A DNA stretch of 32,000 nt from Clostridia bacterium. GTDB taxonomy: Bacteria > Bacillota > Clostridia > TANB77 > RGIG9151. Where the stretch lies: contig JAGBIO010000005.1 in NCBI GenBank assembly GCA_017934955.1, forward strand, positions 39,642 through 71,641, read 5' to 3'. Positions 23,841 to 32,000 of the stretch are shown here, one piece after another. Both the position numbers and the translations under genes were made by a program. The notes beneath the pieces were generated by a model. That model saw only the letters and a program-made list of their open reading frames with translations, was not told the DNA's origin and made no database searches. Within the stretch, counting starts at the first letter, position 1. The number at the start of each line of letters is the position of its first letter.

Positions 23841-23992
23841 GGACACAATAAATTGTGTCCGTACAGAGGGATGTGCAAATAGGAAGTAGAGAGGCATGTT
23901 GGAGGATGGACACAATAATTTGTGTCCGTACAGAGGGATGTGCGATTAGGAAAGAGAGGCATGTTTGAGGGTGGACACAATAAATTGTGTCC
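23841..23992. repeat. Tandem array of 3 CACAAT-type hairpins (23841-23860, 23908-23927, 23973-23992), period 65-67 bp, between grpE and dnaK
   Basis: The unit GGACACAATAAATTGTGTCCGTACAGAGGGATGTGC[A/G]A[A/T]TAGGAA..AGAGGCATGTT.GAGG is repeated. The middle copy has a shifted centre (TAAT). Confidence 0.9.
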
Positions 23993-24033
23993 GTACAAAG
24001 GAATGTGCAAATAGGTAAGAGAGACATATTTGA

Positions 24034-25914
<1,881 letters not shown>

Positions 25915-25922
25915 AGAATTTT

Positions 25923-25942
25923 GGCGAGGCAAGGTCCTCGCC
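25923..25942 (+). terminator. Weak hairpin after dnaK (GGCGAGG-CAAGGT-CCTCGCC), a possible partial terminator
   Basis: 7-bp GC stem. The downstream T-run is poor (TATTCTT). Confidence 0.4.
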
Positions 25943-25984
25943 TATTCTTGACTAAGAGAAAAAAGAATATCTGAAAAAATGTAG

Positions 25985-26004
25985 GGACAGCATTCATGCT
26001 GTCC
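25985..26004. repeat. Single hairpin copy (TGTAGGGACAGCATTCATGCTGTCCGCAGAAAAGGCGG) between dnaK and dnaJ
   Basis: Read directly. It carries the left half of the doublet spacer but no second hairpin. Confidence 0.85.
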
Positions 26005-26070
26005 GCAGAAAAGGCGGAATTTGACAAAAAACGCTTAAGTAGGATATTTTCAGCATAGGAGCGAAAGTGT

Positions 26071-27243
26071 ATGGCAAAAGATTTATATGAAGTGTTGGGC
26101 TTGACGAAGAGTGCGACAGAGGATGAGATTAAAAAAGCATATCGAAAATTGGCGAAGAAGTATCATCCGGATGTAAATCCGGGAGATAAAGAGGCGGAAG
26201 CGAAATTTAAAGAAATCAGCGAAGCGTATGAAATTTTGAGCGATCCGCAGAAGAAGTCTAACTATGACCAATTCGGTACGGCAGATCCGACGGGCGGTGG
26301 AGCAGGTTATTCCGGATTTAGCGGGTTTAATGGTTTTACCGGTGGCTTTAATGGTTCGGGATTTGAGTTTACCGGTGGGTTTGGCGGTATTAATGATATT
26401 TTTGAAGCCTTTTTTGATGGAGGTGTTGGTGGCGGAAGCAGAGCGTCTTCCGGTCCGCGACGCGGTTCAAGAATTACAGCGAATGTGGATATTTCTTTTG
26501 AAGAAGCGGCGAATGGTGTGACAAAGGAAATTGAGATAGAGCGTTCGGAGAAGTGTGAGACTTGTAAGGGTACCGGTGCGAAACCGGGTACGAGTACAAA
26601 GACTTGTTCTACCTGTAACGGTACCGGTCAGGTGCAGTCTTACCAAAATACGATTTTGGGGAGAATTGCGACTTCTCGTACTTGCCAAACTTGTCACGGG
26701 GAAGGAACGATTATCGAGACGCCTTGCCCGAATTGTAAAGGTAAGAAGTATGTTCGAAAGAGAGTGAAAATCAGCGTGAAGATTCCTGCCGGAATTGATG
26801 ATGGTCAGACAATTTCCTTAAGAGGGCAGGGGCAACCGGGGGAAAAAGGTGCTCCGGCAGGCGATTTGCATGTCTTGGTTCGTGTACGTCCGCATAAGAT
26901 TTTTGTGCGTGAAGGAAACGATTTATATTGTAGTATTCCGATTACTTTTGTACAGGCGGCGGTTGGTGCGGTGATTGAAGTGCCGACGCTGTCTGGAAAG
27001 GTGAAGTTTGATTTGCCGGAAGGGACACAAACCGGTACAAAATTCCGCTTAAAAGGAAAAGGAGTGAAGGATGTTAACGGTTATGGCGTGGGTGATTTGT
27101 ATATTACCGTTAACGTGGAAGTTCCGAAGAAGTTAAATGCGGAGCAGAAGAAGGCACTGGATAATTTTGCGAAAGTTTGCGGTGAGGATGCTTATGAGAC
27201 GCGTAAGAACTTTTTTGATACGATGAAAGAAATTTTTCATTAA
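26071..27243 (+). CDS. dnaJ: Molecular chaperone DnaJ (type I, J domain, G/F region, four CxxCxGxG motifs)
   Basis: YHPD motif, Gly/Phe region, [32 protein letters not shown]. Confidence 0.95.
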   Translation: MAKDLYEVLGLTKSATEDEIKKAYRKLAKKYHPDVNPGDKEAEAKFKEISEAYEILSDPQKKSNYDQFGTADPTGGGAGYSGFSGFNGFTGGFNGSGFEFTGGFGGINDIFEAFFDGGVGGGSRASSGPRRGSRITANVDISFEEAANGVTKEIEIERSEKCETCKGTGAKPGTSTKTCSTCNGTGQVQSYQNTILGRIATSRTCQTCHGEGTIIETPCPNCKGKKYVRKRVKISVKIPAGIDDGQTISLRGQGQPGEKGAPAGDLHVLVRVRPHKIFVREGNDLYCSIPITFVQAAVGAVIEVPTLSGKVKFDLPEGTQTGTKFRLKGKGVKDVNGYGVGDLYITVNVEVPKKLNAEQKKALDNFAKVCGEDAYETRKNFFDTMKEIFH

Positions 27244-27257
27244 TAAAGAGAAAGGCA

Positions 27258-27277
27258 GGACAGCATGAATGCTGTCC
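27258..27277. repeat. Single hairpin copy (GGACAGCATGAATGCTGTCCGTACA) after the dnaJ stop codon
   Basis: Read directly. Confidence 0.85.
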
Positions 27278-27350
27278 GTACAATAAACGGATTTTTTATT
27301 GTGAAGTGTGCACTATGAGACAATTTGGTGAGTTTTTTAGACTGTTTTTT

Positions 27351-27382
27351 AAGAAGAAAATTAAAGTTTTCTTCTTTTTTTT
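27351..27382 (+). terminator. Intrinsic terminator of the dnaK operon
   Basis: AAGAAGAAAA-TTAAAG-TTTTCTTCTT followed by TTTTTT. Confidence 0.75.
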
Positions 27383-27423
27383 CGATAAATTTCTTAGAAA
27401 GCCCATAAAAATTTGAAAAAGTA

Positions 27424-27451
27424 TAAAGTTTATGTGAACTTATGCCGATAT
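27424..27451 (+). promoter_or_regulatory. Sigma-28-type promoter of the flaG-fliD-fliS operon
   Basis: TAAA-N16-GCCGATAT, with a perfect -10 octamer at 27444-27451. Confidence 0.7.
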
Positions 27452-27494
27452 AACAAATGTAGGAGAAGATTTTTCACACATGGAGGTGTGTATT

Positions 27495-27869
27495 ATGAAA
27501 GTAGAAATGGGTAATGAACAAAGAGTTTATGCGAATCCGGAGGTGAGCAAGGTACAACCGGAGAAAGCGACTCGAGCAGAAGTGAAGGAGGCTTTGGAGA
27601 CCGCTTCTAAGAGAGAGGGACTTACAGACAACGAGGCAAAAAAGGTAAAAGATGTTGTTGAGAAGATGAACAAGGAACTTGAAATGACGGATACCGCAAT
27701 CAAGTTTAAGGTTCATGAGAGTAAAGAAGGAACTCTTAATAAAGTCTCTATTAAAGTTGTGGAAAGAGAGAGCGAGAAGGTTATTATTGAAATTCCTTCC
27801 GAAGAAGCGATTGAATTTTCCGAGAAAATGGATGAAATTACGGGCATGCTATTTGATCACAGTAGATAA
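27495..27869 (+). CDS. flaG: Flagellar protein FlaG
   Basis: The C-terminal pattern L.F.VHE....V.I.VV.RES.KVI.EIP.EE.I.F is FlaG-like. The gene precedes fliD as in the B. subtilis yvyC-fliD-fliS-fliT operon. Start at ATG 27495, behind GGAGG. Confidence 0.75.
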   Translation: MKVEMGNEQRVYANPEVSKVQPEKATRAEVKEALETASKREGLTDNEAKKVKDVVEKMNKELEMTDTAIKFKVHESKEGTLNKVSIKVVERESEKVIIEIPSEEAIEFSEKMDEITGMLFDHSR

Positions 27870-27939
27870 TTGTGAGAGAATAGCAGCTTGTGATGTACTT
27901 TTGTGAGAGTAAAAATCTCTTTGGTTAGGAGGTAAGAAT

Positions 27940-30081
27940 ATGGCTGTAAACAGGATTACCGGCTTAGCGACCGGCATGGATACTGATGCGCTTATCGAAC
28001 AGTTAATGAGTGCCAGTCGTGCACCGTTGACGAAATTAGAACAGAAAAACACAAAGATAGAATGGCAGAGACAAGCGATGTTGGATATCAATTCGAAACT
28101 TCTTTCTTTCCGGACGGCTGCACTTGATATGAAATTACAGGGAACCTATAAGTCTTATACAGCAACCTCTTCGAATTCTAATTTGGTGTCTGCGTCAGCG
28201 ACGACAGAGGCGGAGGAAGGCGTATATACTTTTAAAGTTTCTCAACTTGCGACAAAGACTACTTTGGAAGGTAGAGCGATTACGGAGCAAATCAAGTCTT
28301 CGGAAGGATTTGCGATTGGTGCTCTTGATGTGGCGGGAAAGGAATTTTATATTAATTTTAATGGAGAAAAGAAAAAAATCAGCTTTGGAGAGAGCGAAAG
28401 TTATAACGCGCCTGCGGATTTAGCGTCTGCGTTACAATCAAAAGTGGATGATACGTTTGGTGCAAATCAAATTAAAGTGACGCAGGTAACTTTGTCCGGT
28501 AAAACAACTCTTCGTTTTGAAAGTGATTCTGCGTTGAATTTGCCTGTTACTGTAGCAAGTTCGGAGACAGCGGAGAAAGATTTCCTTTCTGCGGTAAACA
28601 TTAAAGATGGAAGTACGACAAGTTTTAGCTTGTCTTCGCGTATTGGAGATTTAATGAGTTCCGGTTTTGATGCGGAAGGCAATTTTACGATTTCAGTAAG
28701 AGATAGAGAGTTTACTTTTAATAAAGATCAGACATTAAGTGATGTATTTAATACCATTAATAAAGCTGAGGATTTGGATGTTACGGCGAGATATGACAGC
28801 GTAAACCGAAAGGTTGTATTTGAGAGATCCAGTACCGGTGATGGAAAGGATTTAAAAATCGGTGGAAGTCGTCAGTTCTGGTCGGCACTTAAAATGTCTA
28901 CAACACAGGCTGCTGTTTCCGGTCAAAATGCTAAATTTGATATTACAACGCCGGATGGTCAGACGGTTAAAGATGTTGAAATGGCAAGTAACAGCTTTAC
29001 TTATAAAGGGGTTACAGCTACTTTATTGAATGCAAATCCTGATGAAATGGTTTCGGTTACGGTTTCGAAAAATGTGGATGCAGTTTATGAAAAGATTGAG
29101 AATTTTGTAAACAGTTACAATGATTTGTTGGTATCGCTAAATAAAGCATATAATGAAGAGACAACAGGTTATGATCCTCTTACCGATGAGGAAAGAGAAA
29201 GCTTGTCGGATACCCAGCAGGAACAGTGGGAAGAAAAAGCAAAGCAGGGAATTTTAAGAAGAGATTCTACGATTAAGAGCACGATTACGAGTTTGCGTTC
29301 GGCAGTTACTTCTTACGTGTCAGGTTCGGGCATTTCTTCATTATTTCAAATCGGAATCAGTACAACTCAGTATGATTCGGTAAATAGTGAGAATAACGGT
29401 AAGTTGGTGATTGATAAGGATAAATTAAAAGAGGCGATTACCAATGATATTGATGGTGTTACTTCGTTATTTACTAATACAGCAAAGCAGATTCAGGGAA
29501 ATAAGTTGTCGGATACGAATTTGAATTTGGATGGAAAATCCTTTACCGTGACATACGGCGGTTCTACAAAGACGATTACTCTTGAGGGGTCGTATGATTT
29601 GAGTAACGCAAGTTCGGCTTCGGATTTTGAAGATTATATGAAAGAGAAATTTGCGTCGGCGTTTGGGGAAGGCTGTATTTCGGTCTCTTATTCCGGCGGT
29701 AAATTGTTATTTAACTCGTTAAAGAATGTGAATATGAGTTTTCAGGCGGGTAGCGACGGTAATGATGCGTTGAGCTTGTTTAACGTTGCGGATGGTGCAA
29801 AATATGATAACAACGAGAGAGGTTTTGCGGTTAAGATTTATGATATTTGTACTACTTCGATGAATTCCATTATTGATAAAGCCGGTTCTACCTCTACGAT
29901 TCTTGATGAGAGTGATCTTGGTAAAAAGATGAAGCAGATTAAACAATCGATTGCGACGCAGCAGGAGAGATTGGAACGGTTGGAAGAAAGATATTACAGT
30001 CAGTTTGCTGCGATGGAAGAGGCTATTAACAACATGAACTCGCAGAGTTCTTATTTGCAAAGTATGTTAAATGGTGGTTAA
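27940..30081 (+). CDS. fliD: Flagellar filament cap protein FliD (long form, 713 aa)
   Basis: N-terminal ITGLATGMDTDALIEQLM..R.P and C-terminal E.RY..QF.AME..I..MNSQ..YL are FliD signatures. Confidence 0.85.
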   Translation: MAVNRITGLATGMDTDALIEQLMSASRAPLTKLEQKNTKIEWQRQAMLDINSKLLSFRTAALDMKLQGTYKSYTATSSNSNLVSASATTEAEEGVYTFKVSQLATKTTLEGRAITEQIKSSEGFAIGALDVAGKEFYINFNGEKKKISFGESESYNAPADLASALQSKVDDTFGANQIKVTQVTLSGKTTLRFESDSALNLPVTVASSETAEKDFLSAVNIKDGSTTSFSLSSRIGDLMSSGFDAEGNFTISVRDREFTFNKDQTLSDVFNTINKAEDLDVTARYDSVNRKVVFERSSTGDGKDLKIGGSRQFWSALKMSTTQAAVSGQNAKFDITTPDGQTVKDVEMASNSFTYKGVTATLLNANPDEMVSVTVSKNVDAVYEKIENFVNSYNDLLVSLNKAYNEETTGYDPLTDEERESLSDTQQEQWEEKAKQGILRRDSTIKSTITSLRSAVTSYVSGSGISSLFQIGISTTQYDSVNSENNGKLVIDKDKLKEAITNDIDGVTSLFTNTAKQIQGNKLSDTNLNLDGKSFTVTYGGSTKTITLEGSYDLSNASSASDFEDYMKEKFASAFGEGCISVSYSGGKLLFNSLKNVNMSFQAGSDGNDALSLFNVADGAKYDNNERGFAVKIYDICTTSMNSIIDKAGSTSTILDESDLGKKMKQIKQSIATQQERLERLEERYYSQFAAMEEAINNMNSQSSYLQSMLNGG

Positions 30082-30109
30082 TCAAAAATGTTAAATCGGA
30101 GGCGGATTT

Positions 30110-30517
30110 ATGGCACTGAATAAGGCGGTTTATCAATATCAGCAAAATTCGATTATGACGGCGACCCCGGAGGAGCTTACCCTTATGCTGTATAATGGTT
30201 GCATCAAGGGGATTAAAATGACGAAGATTGCGATAGAAGATAATGACTATGAGAAGGGAAATTATTATATATGTAAGGCCCAGGCGATTATTCGTGAATT
30301 GCGTGCGACCTTAGATATGAAATATGAAATTTCAAAGAATTTGTATGATTTATATACGTATTTTTTGGATAGATTAATAGAGGCGAATGTGAAGAAAGAT
30401 ACGCAAATTTTGGATGAAGTGGTTGGTTTTGTGACGGAATTGAGAGATACTTGGGCAGAGGCTATGAAGGATGCGAGAATAAAACAATCGGGTAAGATTC
30501 CGGCAAAGGAAGTTTAG
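30110..30517 (+). CDS. fliS: Flagellin-specific export chaperone FliS
   Basis: Y....I.TA.PEELTLMLY.G.IK, A..II.EL...LD and I..L...W match the FliS pattern. Confidence 0.85.
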   Translation: MALNKAVYQYQQNSIMTATPEELTLMLYNGCIKGIKMTKIAIEDNDYEKGNYYICKAQAIIRELRATLDMKYEISKNLYDLYTYFLDRLIEANVKKDTQILDEVVGFVTELRDTWAEAMKDARIKQSGKIPAKEV

Positions 30518-30536
30518 AGAATGAGGTGCAGGATAA

Positions 30537-31010
30537 ATGGATCTGAATTCTATAATGAATGATTTGATTGGAATCAGTAAGGAAAAGTGCAGATATTTAG
30601 AGGAAATTTATGTTTTAACAGAGGGACAAACGGCTGCGATTAAAAATGAAAGTATGGACGACTTGAATGATTTAATTGCGGGAAAACAATTGAAGATTGA
30701 TCATATTAAGGAATTGGATATTCAATTTGAGGGAATTACAGATCAGATTAAAAAAGAGTTTCAGATTAAAAGTTTGAGTGAATTAAAGTGTGAGAATGCG
30801 GAAATTTTGCAGGATGAAATTCGTAATATTTATGCGGTGTTGCGGAAGATTAATGAGGTTGAGAAGGAAAACAGTGCGGCATTGAATGAGAGGAAGGATG
30901 AGTTGCACGATAAAATCTCACATACGAATAAAGGGAAAATTGCGATGATGCAGTATAGTGGCGGTAGCAACTATATGGATGCCGTGTTTTTTGATAAGAA
31001 GATTAAGTAG
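30537..31010 (+). CDS. FliT/FlgN-like flagellar export chaperone (helical, 157 aa)
   Basis: The call rests on position after fliS, predicted all-helical composition and the absence of any other recognisable motif. Assignment is by synteny. Confidence 0.5.
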   Translation: MDLNSIMNDLIGISKEKCRYLEEIYVLTEGQTAAIKNESMDDLNDLIAGKQLKIDHIKELDIQFEGITDQIKKEFQIKSLSELKCENAEILQDEIRNIYAVLRKINEVEKENSAALNERKDELHDKISHTNKGKIAMMQYSGGSNYMDAVFFDKKIK

Positions 31011-31011
31011 A

Positions 31012-31059
31012 ATACAAGCCGTTGAGAGATCGTTTAGACTCAATGGCTTGTATTTTTTT
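31012..31059 (+). terminator. Intrinsic terminator of the flaG-fliD-fliS-fliT operon
   Basis: ATACAAGCCGTTGAG-N12-CTCAATGGCTTGTAT (one G.T pair) followed by TTTTTTT. Confidence 0.8.
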
Positions 31060-31321
31060 GTTGTTTTTGTGGCGTATACTTTAATGCGGCGATTAAGTCT
31101 TTCCCGATAACTAAATGTTCGGTTAGTAGTTTTTGAATGAGATTTGCGACGATTTTTCCGTAATAGGTTTCAAAGATATCGACGATATTTTTGGGATTTT
31201 TTAATTGATTTTGAAATGTTACTGTTTTCAAAAAAGGAAAGAGAAACGAGAAAGAGAGAAAACTGGTGTATGGGAGTTACAGGTAAGTCTCAAATCTATA
31301 GAGAAGGCACAAACACTGTAG

Positions 31322-31378
31322 GGACAGCATTCATGCTGTCCGCAGAAAAGGCAGAAAAGCAGGACGGCATAGCAGCGG
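31322..31378. repeat. Hairpin copy (31322-31341, loop TC) plus doublet spacer GCAGAAAAGGCAGAAAAGCA and a decayed second hairpin (GGACGGCATAGCAGCGG)
   Basis: Read directly. The second arm has lost its palindromy. Confidence 0.8.
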
Positions 31379-31529
31379 AAACTTTCTAATCACTGCGTTC
31401 TTGGAAATTTTTTGTACAGGACGTATAAGTTTTTTTACAGTCCCTATTTTTTTATTCACTCAAGACAGGCACGAAAAGAGCTTTGCAGGCATATAGTATG
31501 TTACGAGTTCTTTTTGGGAGAGTGATAAT

Positions 31530-31877
31530 ATGGTTTTTACTCTTATGATTCGGTACATAATGGATCATTTTTTATTTCTGATCGGGTATATGGGAAGTAT
31601 CGGTGGGACGTTTCCGAAGCCGCTTTCGGCGAAAGAGGAGGAGATGTATTTTAAGCTCTACAAAGAGGGGGACGAGGATGCGAAGAATGTACTGATTGAG
31701 CGGAATTTGCGATTGGTGGTGCATGTAGCGAAGAAGTATGCGGCGCAGTGGAGTGATAGTGACGACTTGATTTCGATTGGGGCAATCGGGTTGATGAAGG
31801 CGGTTTCTACTTATGATTATGAAAAAGGACATCGGTTTGCGACGTATGCGGCTAAGTGTGTTCAAAATGCTATCCTC
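31530..31877 (+). CDS. sigK: Sporulation sigma factor SigK-like, 5' segment only (pro-sequence plus regions 1.2-2.4). The ORF then runs out of homology and stops at 31998-32000.
   Basis: FLIGYMGSIGGTFPKPLSAKEEE.Y, LIERNLRLVVHVAKKY, DDLISIGAIGLMKAV and ATYAAKCVQNAIL are collinear with pro-sigma-K as I recall it. After codon 116 the sequence (SQMRLWFRINPLRAEKHQNG..) has no sigma region 3/4 character. Confidence 0.7.
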
Positions 31878-32000
31878 TCGCAGATGCGTTTATGGTTCCG
31901 AATCAATCCCCTCAGAGCAGAAAAGCACCAAAATGGCGTATTCTGGCACAGGTTTCCGAGAATATTTACATACTCTGCTCCACTTCGGAGGGCTATGTGA

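Noticed and set aside
31040-31231. 63-aa minus-strand ORF between the fliT-like gene and sigK
   Set aside because: It has a TTG start with no RBS, overlaps the strong + strand terminator at 31012-31059, and has no recognisable motif.
31878-32000. Group II intron as the cause of the sigK interruption
   Set aside because: There is no GTGCG-like 5' intron boundary at or near the point where homology is lost, and no obvious domain structure in the 120 nt available.

Overview
The window looks like a low-GC Firmicutes chromosome, probably from a flagellated, spore-forming member of the Clostridia. That assignment is inferred from gene content and Shine-Dalgarno usage, not from any search. Most of it is core housekeeping on the + strand: clpB 3' end, htrA-like protease, rpe, clpC, rbgA-rnhB-hyp-yraN, pdp, nrdR, a beta-CASP RNase, pyk, efp, nifS-nifU, CIRCE-hrcA-grpE-dnaK-dnaJ, flaG-fliD-fliS-fliT-like, and the 5' part of a sigK-like gene. 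Six things are not ordinary. (1) A very dense family of about 30 palindromic hairpin elements (GTAGGGAC-stem-GTCC[C/G]TACAG) fills almost every intergenic gap. They occur as singles, inverted doublets and CRISPR-mimicking tandem arrays, in three stem subfamilies that differ by compensatory changes. (2) Two copies of a roughly 155-170 bp MITE carry such a hairpin doublet. Each has GTTAC/GTAAC terminal inverted repeats and a perfect 8-bp target-site duplication, and each borders an AT-rich accessory islet. One copy interrupts a decayed SemiSWEET gene. (3) A secreted 647-aa protein combines a poly-glycine domain with 5.5 tandem 59-aa Cys/His modules. It sits behind a strong leader terminator and a G8 tract. 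(4) A 105-aa mini-flagellin retains only the N- and C-terminal D0-like helices and has its own perfect sigma-28 promoter, next to a normal flagellin gene. (5) The sigK-like gene loses homology after about codon 116, consistent with a skin-like intervening element starting at the window edge. (6) A DUF4160/DUF2442-like two-gene module lies in an AT-rich islet. No rRNA, tRNA or genuine CRISPR array was seen.
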